Shown here piece by piece: positions 57,402 through 64,000 of a stretch of DNA of 64,000 nt. This DNA is from Gemmatimonadota bacterium (lineage in GTDB: Bacteria > Latescibacterota > UBA2968 > UBA8231), in the NCBI GenBank assembly GCA_038153405.1, contig JAYOYH010000001.1, forward strand, positions 160,156-224,155, in the 5' to 3' direction. The notes beneath the pieces were generated by a model. It saw only the letters and a program-made list of their open reading frames with translations, was not told where the DNA came from and did no database searches. Within the stretch, counting starts at the first letter, position 1, and each line of letters begins with the position of its first letter. Position numbers and translations under genes: made by a program.

Positions 57402-57547
57402 AGAGTACCTCCGGTTGGCTTGGGGGATGAGACGCAACGCGTTGTGTGGACGCCTTAAGCAGGAAGTGTGCCACGTCGTCGCTCTATTGTGTAACATGCT
57501 GATTTACCGGGTTTTTCTGAAGCAAAGTTGGCTTGCGATGAGCTACT

Positions 57548-59095
57548 GTGTGTAACGACAGGGATACGGTCTTGGGTAACCATCTATACGAGCCCCATCC
57601 GGATGGAGCGCTAGCACAGCACTTCACGCCGCTAGGCGTAGCGCAGCGCATTTGGCAGATCGTGAAAATGCGAGGGCGCCCTGCGCTGGCTGCGCAGCCG
57701 CGCGTTATTGATCTGGCGGCCGGCGCGGGTGCGTGGCTAGAGGCGGTATTGGAAAGCGGCGATGTGCAACGGGAAGATGCACACGGCATTGAAATCGACC
57801 GCCGCTGGCAGCTGCGCTCGGGCATCAGCCACACGGGGGATGGTCTGCTGGGCGACTTTCCCGGCGTCGAGGCTGATAGTTTCGATGCGGTAATTGGCAA
57901 TCCTCCATTTGGTAAGCTGGGGCCATTTCTCACGGCGATGGGCGACCCAAGCGCCCACGCGTTAGCGGCGCGCTTCCAACTGTGGAATATCATTGGGCAA
58001 AGCGCATCGAGCTTTCCCGTCGAATGGCTATTTGTCGAGCGCGCGCTGCAGGTCGCGCGTCCGGGTGGATGGGTTGCGCTGATCCTGCCCGAAGGGCTGC
58101 TGACCAATGCGCGCTGGCAAAAGGCGCGCGACTGGCTGTTAGAACGGGTGCAGCTATGCGACGTCGTTGGACTGCCCGCCGCGGTGTTTCGCGGGGGGGG
58201 ACTCAACGCCCGCACGGCATTTATCGTCTTTCAGAAGGGAGCGGGACGCCGCGCGCGGCGCGTGCGCCTGGTCGGGGTAAAGGGGCCCGAGGTCGGCATA
58301 GATGTCGACGCCTATTTGCGCCAGGTATGTGAAGGGAGCGGCGACCGCTTGTGTTCGATGAGCATTCAACAGCGCCAGTTGATGGACAGGCGCTGGGATT
58401 GCAGCTACTGGCGCGGTGCCGCGCACGTGCGCCGGCTAGCGCGGCGCTTTGGGCTGCGGCCGTTGGGCGACTTTATCGAACACCTAACCTATGGGCCCAT
58501 TATTACTGGGCGCAGACCCGAACACGTCGAGGGGGGGATACCCGTTATTCGCCAGGGGGATATCGCCGAAACGGGCCTTGAGGAAAGCACTTTGCTCAGG
58601 GTAGAGGCCTGCGGTGACTTTGATCCACAGCGCAGCCGCGTGCGGCGGGGTGACTTGCTTCTGCCGCGTTCGGGTGCCGGCGCGCTGGGGCGCAATCGCA
58701 CAGCAGTATACGCCGGGCGCGCGCAGGCCAATATCGGCTGCTTCGTCGATCTGGTGCGCCTGCGCGGAATTAATCCGTACTATGCTTGGTTTTTCTTTAA
58801 GACGCCCACGGGTTGGGAGCAGATCGCCGCGCTGATTAATGGCGTGGGTACACCCAATATAAATTTCGGTGAAATTCGCTCTTTGTCTGTAGTGGAGGCG
58901 CCAGAGCAGGTGCAGCAAGCCGTAGAATGGCGCTACCGTCACGAAGTGCTGCCGTGGCACCGAAAGCGGTTGCACAGCGCGCAGGCCCGTGCCCAAGGCG
59001 AACGCCAATTCCGCGCTATTGTCGGCGACTTACAGCGCTTTCTCTCCGGTGGAATGCGCGAGTCCTTTCTTGTCGGGCGTGCGGGAGCTGCTTAG
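57548..59095 (+). CDS. N6-adenine DNA methyltransferase fused to a single type I-like target recognition domain
   Basis: QHFTP, DLAAGAG (motif I), FDAVIGNPPF (motif IV), ILPEGLL; C-terminal LGD....YG...IRQGDI...GDLLLPRSGAG..GR...NP.Y...TPNIN (HsdS-type TRD). Confidence 0.88.
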   Translation: MCNDRDTVLGNHLYEPHPDGALAQHFTPLGVAQRIWQIVKMRGRPALAAQPRVIDLAAGAGAWLEAVLESGDVQREDAHGIEIDRRWQLRSGISHTGDGLLGDFPGVEADSFDAVIGNPPFGKLGPFLTAMGDPSAHALAARFQLWNIIGQSASSFPVEWLFVERALQVARPGGWVALILPEGLLTNARWQKARDWLLERVQLCDVVGLPAAVFRGGGLNARTAFIVFQKGAGRRARRVRLVGVKGPEVGIDVDAYLRQVCEGSGDRLCSMSIQQRQLMDRRWDCSYWRGAAHVRRLARRFGLRPLGDFIEHLTYGPIITGRRPEHVEGGIPVIRQGDIAETGLEESTLLRVEACGDFDPQRSRVRRGDLLLPRSGAGALGRNRTAVYAGRAQANIGCFVDLVRLRGINPYYAWFFFKTPTGWEQIAALINGVGTPNINFGEIRSLSVVEAPEQVQQAVEWRYRHEVLPWHRKRLHSAQARAQGERQFRAIVGDLQRFLSGGMRESFLVGRAGAA

Positions 59096-59171
59096 TTTCG
59101 ATGGGGGGCGCGATATCCAATTACACCGCTTACACCGCGCGCGTGCAGCGCGGTTGTCCGCGAGTCGACCG

Positions 59172-59435
59172 ATGCTTCGCCGAAGCGTAAAAGAGGGCGT
59201 GCACTATCGCGCGCTGGTCGATGGTGGAATGCTGTACGACGCCGAACAGGGTTTAGTGCACCACCTGAATGCCACGGCAGCGCTCGTCTGGGAAGGGTGC
59301 CAAGCCGGCGCGTCGTCCGATGATCTGGAGGGGCAATTTGCCCATGAGTTTGGCGTCGCTGCGGCCGTTGCCCGCCGAGATGTCGAGCGCGTTATCGCCG
59401 ACTTCATAGAAAGTGGATTGCTGAAATCGTGGTAG
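59172..59435 (+). CDS. PqqD-family / RiPP recognition element (RRE) protein
   Basis: GMLYDAEQGLVHHLNATAALVWEGC...FAHEFGV..AVARRDVERVIADFIESGLL; start is uncertain. Confidence 0.85.
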   Translation: MLRRSVKEGVHYRALVDGGMLYDAEQGLVHHLNATAALVWEGCQAGASSDDLEGQFAHEFGVAAAVARRDVERVIADFIESGLLKSW

Positions 59436-60532
59436 ATGTTGCCGGCATATTAGAGCGCGCTGTCCTGGGCGACGACGACTCGGCGCTGCGGCGCTGCGGG
59501 AGCGGAGCGTGGTCGGTTGCAGGAGCGCGGGCAATCGACGATGGCGTGGCTGGCTGGCTGTATTGGCACAGCGTGCGCGGTGCATGGGACGTGCCGCCCG
59601 ACGTGGGGGCGGCCTGGCAGCGCGCCTATCGAAAAAATGCGGCGCGCAATATCATTGCGTTGGAGCGCCTGAGTCACTGCCTTGCTGGATTAGAGCAAGC
59701 CGGGATAGAGGTGTTAATACTGCCGGGGGCGCCGCTGCTGGCTCACTACCCCGACCTCGGCTGTCGGTCGATGGTTGACGTCGATATACTCGTCGAAGCA
59801 GGTTCGGCACCGTCTATCGCCGCATGGCTGCGCGCTTCGGGCTTTGCCTGTCCGCCGCGTCATCCGGACCTGTTTATCGGCAACGGCCTGGTGCTCGACG
59901 TCCATACCGATCTGTTTCACAGCGAGCGGATTGCCGCGCGCGGCTACGTAGGGCAAATGCGTTTCGATGAAATGCGCGCGCGCGGCATCGAGTGCGACGT
60001 CAGCGGATTTGTGCTGCCTGCGCTCTGCCCAGAAGATGCTCTGCTCTACTGTGCTGCGCACGCGCTGCGCCACAGCTATAGCCGCCTCGGTTGGCTGCTG
60101 GACCTGCGCTTGCTCATCGAAAGTTCCATTGACGAAACCGTAGTCTTGCACCGTGCCGAAGCGGACTCTATGCAGCGGCCACTGCTCTATGCCCTGCTCT
60201 TTCTACAGCGCTATAGAGCGCTTCCATCGCACTTGGCCTACTGGAGTTCAAGTCGTTCGGTAGCTATCGGAGAACGGTGGCTCATGAGGCGCATGTGGAG
60301 GGAGCGCAGGGATCGCGCATTAGGAGATTTTCTCTGGGCGTTTAGCGTCGACGGTGCGTGGCGTCGCGCGCGATTTATATTGGAGACGGCATTTCCCCGT
60401 CCGGCGGTTCTCATGCAGATATTCTCATTTCTTCCGACATCGCTCTTGCCGTTGGCCTATGTGCTGCGCCTTGGGCAGCTCCTGCTGCGCGGCGGGCGCC
60501 TGTTCGCCAGTATGGTTAGGAACGCGGGATGA
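59429..60532 (+). CDS. Uncharacterised nucleotidyltransferase-family protein (NTP_transf_5-like)
   Basis: LEQAGIEVLILPG..L..YP...R.M.DVDILV, LDVH, PED.LLY.AAH..RH....L.WL.D. Confidence 0.82.
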   Translation: MVDVAGILERAVLGDDDSALRRCGSGAWSVAGARAIDDGVAGWLYWHSVRGAWDVPPDVGAAWQRAYRKNAARNIIALERLSHCLAGLEQAGIEVLILPGAPLLAHYPDLGCRSMVDVDILVEAGSAPSIAAWLRASGFACPPRHPDLFIGNGLVLDVHTDLFHSERIAARGYVGQMRFDEMRARGIECDVSGFVLPALCPEDALLYCAAHALRHSYSRLGWLLDLRLLIESSIDETVVLHRAEADSMQRPLLYALLFLQRYRALPSHLAYWSSSRSVAIGERWLMRRMWRERRDRALGDFLWAFSVDGAWRRARFILETAFPRPAVLMQIFSFLPTSLLPLAYVLRLGQLLLRGGRLFASMVRNAG

Positions 60533-61707
60533 TCGTTCGCACGGCCGTAATCTACTCATTCCTATTTTTGCCGTGGTGGCTGTTGGGCTGTGGGGGGCCG
60601 CCGCCGCCCGAGCTGCCCCCTCCACAGGTTGAGCGCCCCGCTGCTGCGCCCGTCATGCCGACCGATCCGCTGCGCCAGGCCTATGTCGAGAAGGGGCTAT
60701 TCCCCGAGTATGTCGTAGGCCCCGACGATGAGTTGGAGATCGTTCTGCGCGACATCGACTTGCTGACGGAGGTTATCAACGTGCGGCTGGATGGCAATAT
60801 ATCCTTCTCGCTTGTCGAAAACCTCTACGTAGCGGGGATGACGGTCGGAGAGGTCGACTCAGCTCTCACGCGCGCACTGGGCGATTACCTGCGCCAGCCG
60901 AGGGTCGATGTGCAGGTTACGGAATACCGCAGCAAAGTCGTGTCGGTGCTGGGGGCCATTGAGGCGATTGGCCAGCAGGGGGTTAAGTCTGGACAGGGGC
61001 GTTACGCGCTGCGCAACAAGACGCGCTTGCTCGATATTATTCTCGAGGCAGGGGGCGCTACGCCGGATGCCCAACTCAACCAGGTCCAACTCATACGCGG
61101 GGGCGCTTCCTATACCTTTGATCTGCAGCGGGTGCTCAATACGGGGGATCCCAGCCACAATCCAGTGCTGCAGGGCGACGATATTATCATCGTTCCCGGC
61201 ACGTCGCGGCTGACGAAAAAAGTCATTATCCTCGGCGAGGTCCGCGCTCCCAATGTGTATCTCATGGCCAATGACGCCAGTCTCCTCGAAGTGCTGAGTC
61301 GCGCCGGCGGTTTGAGCGATGTGGCGCTGAAGGACGACATTCGCATTATTCGCGGGGCTCAGCAGGGACCGACGATGTTCACCGTGAACTTTCAGCGGAT
61401 CACTAGCGACGCCGACCTGCGGCAAAATGTCGTACTGGAAAACAACGACATCGTCTTTGTGCCACGCAGCTTTATGGGCGATGTAAATGATGTGCTCACA
61501 AAAGTAGAACCGCTGTTGAATATTTTGCTGCTGCCGGGTACCTACCGACAGTTCTACACAACGGGCGGCGGTCTGCGCTTGGATACCGGATCGCCTCCCG
61601 AAGCGGAGGCGGGCACCCAGATTTTTACCCAGCCGCTACCCGGCACAGGCGGCGGGGCCGGCAAAGTCGTTGCGCCAGAGGACGAAGAGGAAAAAAATGA
61701 ACCCTAA
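60529..61707 (+). CDS. Polysaccharide-export (Wza-like) lipoprotein with two SLBB domains
   Basis: Lipobox LLGC, EYVVGPDDELEI...VRLDGNISFSLV...AGMT...YLRQPRVDV; VLGAI/ILGEV SLBB repeats, L..GD.I.VP. Confidence 0.88.
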   Translation: MIVRTAVIYSFLFLPWWLLGCGGPPPPELPPPQVERPAAAPVMPTDPLRQAYVEKGLFPEYVVGPDDELEIVLRDIDLLTEVINVRLDGNISFSLVENLYVAGMTVGEVDSALTRALGDYLRQPRVDVQVTEYRSKVVSVLGAIEAIGQQGVKSGQGRYALRNKTRLLDIILEAGGATPDAQLNQVQLIRGGASYTFDLQRVLNTGDPSHNPVLQGDDIIIVPGTSRLTKKVIILGEVRAPNVYLMANDASLLEVLSRAGGLSDVALKDDIRIIRGAQQGPTMFTVNFQRITSDADLRQNVVLENNDIVFVPRSFMGDVNDVLTKVEPLLNILLLPGTYRQFYTTGGGLRLDTGSPPEAEAGTQIFTQPLPGTGGGAGKVVAPEDEEEKNEP

Positions 61708-62653
61708 CCAGGCGCGGGTGGCCGAAAGCATTCTCGATACCGTCGGTTCGACGCCGCTGATCCGACTCAATCGCATCGCGCCACAGGATGGCTGTGCCAT
61801 CTACGGAAAGCTGGAGTCGCGCAATCCGGCCGGCAGCGTAAAAGACCGCATTGGCATTAGTATGATTCGCGCCGCCGAGGAAGGCGGACAGCTGCGACGG
61901 GGGATGACGATCGTCGAACCTACCAGCGGCAATACGGGCATTGCCTTGGCCATGGCGGCAGCGGCTTTGGGCTATCGCCTGGTGCTGACGATGCCCGAAA
62001 ATATGAGCGTTGAACGTCGCCTGGTCATGGCCAGCTACGGGGCCGAACTGGAACTGACGCCCGCGGTCGCAGATATGCCGGGGGCCATACGCCGAGCCGA
62101 GGAGATCGTCGCCGGTGATCCGGCCAACCACTTTATGCCGCAGCAGTTTCACAATCCGGCCAATCCAGAAACCCACCGGCAAACGACGGCGCGCGAAATT
62201 CTCGACGCTACGCAGGGGCAGTTGGATGCGTTTATCGCCGGCGTGGGCACAGGGGGGACCATTACGGGCGTCGGTGCCACTCTCAAGGAGGCCTTGCCCG
62301 CCCTGCGCGTCGTCGCGATTGAGCCTGCGCGCTCGGCCGTTCTCAGCGGCCAAAAGGCGGGACTACACGGCATTCAGGGTATTGGCGCTGGCTTTGTGCC
62401 CGATGTGTTGGACCGCAGCGTGATAGACGAGGTGATAGCCATAGACGACGACGAGGCGTTTCACTACGCGCGTCGTCTGGCGCGCGAAGAGGGCTTGTTG
62501 CTCGGGCCCTCTTCGGGGGCCAATGTCGCCGGCAGTTTGCGCATCGCCCAAACCATGAAGGCTGGGCAGCGCCTGGTGACGCTATTCTGCGATACGGGTT
62601 TTCGCTATTTCAGCGTGGAGGGTTTTGTCGAGGCTTCAGCGCAGGAGAAGTAG
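61697..62653 (+). CDS. cysK: Cysteine synthase A
   Basis: KLESRNPAGSVKDR, EPTSGNTG, GVGTGGT, HGIQGIGAGF, G.SSGA. Confidence 0.96.
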   Translation: MNPNQARVAESILDTVGSTPLIRLNRIAPQDGCAIYGKLESRNPAGSVKDRIGISMIRAAEEGGQLRRGMTIVEPTSGNTGIALAMAAAALGYRLVLTMPENMSVERRLVMASYGAELELTPAVADMPGAIRRAEEIVAGDPANHFMPQQFHNPANPETHRQTTAREILDATQGQLDAFIAGVGTGGTITGVGATLKEALPALRVVAIEPARSAVLSGQKAGLHGIQGIGAGFVPDVLDRSVIDEVIAIDDDEAFHYARRLAREEGLLLGPSSGANVAGSLRIAQTMKAGQRLVTLFCDTGFRYFSVEGFVEASAQEK

Positions 62654-64000
62654 TTTGCGCGCCTGCTGCAGTTGGCCCACGCGCAGCGAGAGCACATAGA
62701 CGCCGCTAGAAACGGCATGCCCTCTATTGTCGCGTCCGTTCCAGCGGGTGCGGTGCACGCCCGCTTCAAGGCGCGCATGGAGCAGTTGGCGCACCGGCTG
62801 TCCCAACGCGTTGTATATTGCCAACTGGACCGTTTGATTCTCGCTCTCTGCGGGCAGGCTAAAGGCGATTTGGGTTTCGGCGTTAAATGGGTTGGGATAG
62901 GTCGGCTCCAGCGCAAAGCGCAGCGGAGCGGAATCGCTTGCGGAAACCGCCGTATCGGCCGCGGGGAAGGTGGGCATCGCAACAGCGATGCCGCGCGGCT
63001 GCACGCCGGCGCTGTACTGTCCGATGCGCTCGTCTCCATCGCCGTCGATCAGAATGGTTTCATCGGAAAACTCGTTGGTCACGAATACGCGCTTGCCGTC
63101 CGGCGAGAAGGAGATACCGCGCGGGTTTTCGCCGACCGATAGCTGGGCTCGCACCCGCAGCGTTTCGACGTCGAGAATCAGCAGTGCTCCCTCGTCATGT
63201 GCCGTCATGTAGAGTGTATTCCCGGCTGGGTTGAGTGCGATGGCGAAGGTGCCGGCCACGGGGAGTTCCACCTGTCGGGTCACGCGCTCGCTTTCGGCGT
63301 CGATGACCGTCAGCTCATTTGCGCCCATGTTGGCCACGTAGAGCGTGCTGCCGTCATCGCTGATGGCCAGCGAGCGCGGCTGCGAGGCTACGGCGATGCG
63401 CGATTGCACCGCGCCTTGCAGATCCATGACCAGCACGCGGTTGTTGGCCAGGTCGGTCGCAAAGAGTTTGTCGCTGCTTGCGGCCATGCCGTAGGGCCCC
63501 CTCTCGATCCCGGAAATCCACACCGTGCGCGCCGAAGCCGATTCCACATCGACGAGGGTGAGTGCCCCTGCGCCTGAGTTGGTCGCGTAGAGCCTGCGGC
63601 CGTCCGGACTGAGCGCCATATCGAGAGGTTCAATCGCCGTTTGTATGCGCTGTATTTCCTGGAAGGTCGTCGTGGAAATGACGCTTATTTCATTCGATCC
63701 CAGGTTGGATGCGTAGAGGGTGCTTCCATCTCGGCTCAGCAAGACCTGGATGGGCTCGTCGCCAACGGCGATGCGCGCCATTTCGCTGCGCGTCTCTGTG
63801 TCGACGACGCTGATTACGTCTTCGCCGCGCAGGGCGGTAAATGCCAACGGTGCTCCGCTTAGCTTAACTACGTCAAATCCCAGCCATTGTCCCTCACTGG
63901 GAAAAAAGGATTGGGCCACGCTGTCGTTGCGCGCTTCGATGCGGTACTCGACGCGCGTGCCGGCCGGTTGGCCGGGGATTTCAGCGGAAAAGAGGTCGTC
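62636..64000 (-). CDS. Secreted YVTN beta-propeller protein with FlgD-Ig/PNPFN C-terminal sorting domain; 5' end outside the window
   Basis: Repeats of P...ALSPDG..LYV.N; C-terminal YPNPFNAET.I.F.LP...IYNALGQ.VR.L...WNGRD..G..VSSGVY; frame stays open to position 64000. Confidence 0.88.
   Translation of the reverse strand, partial: DDLFSAEIPGQPAGTRVEYRIEARNDSVAQSFFPSEGQWLGFDVVKLSGAPLAFTALRGEDVISVVDTETRSEMARIAVGDEPIQVLLSRDGSTLYASNLGSNEISVISTTTFQEIQRIQTAIEPLDMALSPDGRRLYATNSGAGALTLVDVESASARTVWISGIERGPYGMAASSDKLFATDLANNRVLVMDLQGAVQSRIAVASQPRSLAISDDGSTLYVANMGANELTVIDAESERVTRQVELPVAGTFAIALNPAGNTLYMTAHDEGALLILDVETLRVRAQLSVGENPRGISFSPDGKRVFVTNEFSDETILIDGDGDERIGQYSAGVQPRGIAVAMPTFPAADTAVSASDSAPLRFALEPTYPNPFNAETQIAFSLPAESENQTVQLAIYNALGQPVRQLLHARLEAGVHRTRWNGRDNRGHAVSSGVYVLSLRVGQLQQARKLLLLR

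Noticed and set aside
59101..59190. 29-aa ORF (MGGAISNYTAYTARVQRGCPRVDRCFAEA) just upstream of the RRE gene as a possible RiPP precursor; contains a 9-nt tandem repeat (ttacaccgc x2)
   Set aside because: No RBS and no lasso-type leader (YxxP..L, Thr at -2); cannot be told apart from a chance ORF without conservation data
1..64000. CRISPR arrays, IS elements, prophage genes, rRNA, TnpB/Cas-like regulators near the flagellins
   Set aside because: No regularly spaced repeats or matching protein motifs were seen by eye

Overview
A GC-rich bacterial chromosome segment, probably from an uncultured FCB-superphylum lineage such as Candidatus Latescibacterota. This placement is inferred from the rplM-rpsI-rpsB-tsf gene order and a PNPFN/FlgD-type C-terminal sorting domain. 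Bases ~0.8-28.7 kb hold a flagellar cluster: flgFGAHIJNKL-fliW-csrA, three glycosyltransferases (two of them ~1,380-aa multidomain GT/TPR proteins), three tandem flagellins, flaG, a 1,218-aa repeat-expanded FliD, fliS, a FliT-like gene and a FlgM with two sigma28-binding modules. Two further flagellins sit divergently at 44-47 kb. Much of the regulatory wiring is readable in the DNA: two near-identical sigma54 promoters (one with a perfect IHF site), six sigma28 promoters, and GGA-loop hairpins (CsrA-type sites) in the flagellin leaders. The rest is largely housekeeping: hrcA-grpE-dnaJ-mrp, prmA-rsmE-aroQ, an RNase HII-YraN fusion, a fused ECF ATPase, queA-ispDF-dedA, rplM-rpsI-rpsB-tsf-frr, tRNA-Ala, a thiolase and ssb. 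An unexplained block at 57.5-62.7 kb contains an orphan m6A methyltransferase-TRD fusion followed by translationally coupled PqqD/RRE, nucleotidyltransferase, Wza/SLBB lipoprotein and cysK genes. No CRISPR array, transposase, integrase or rRNA was seen. All calls come from reading motifs by eye; no database searches were run.
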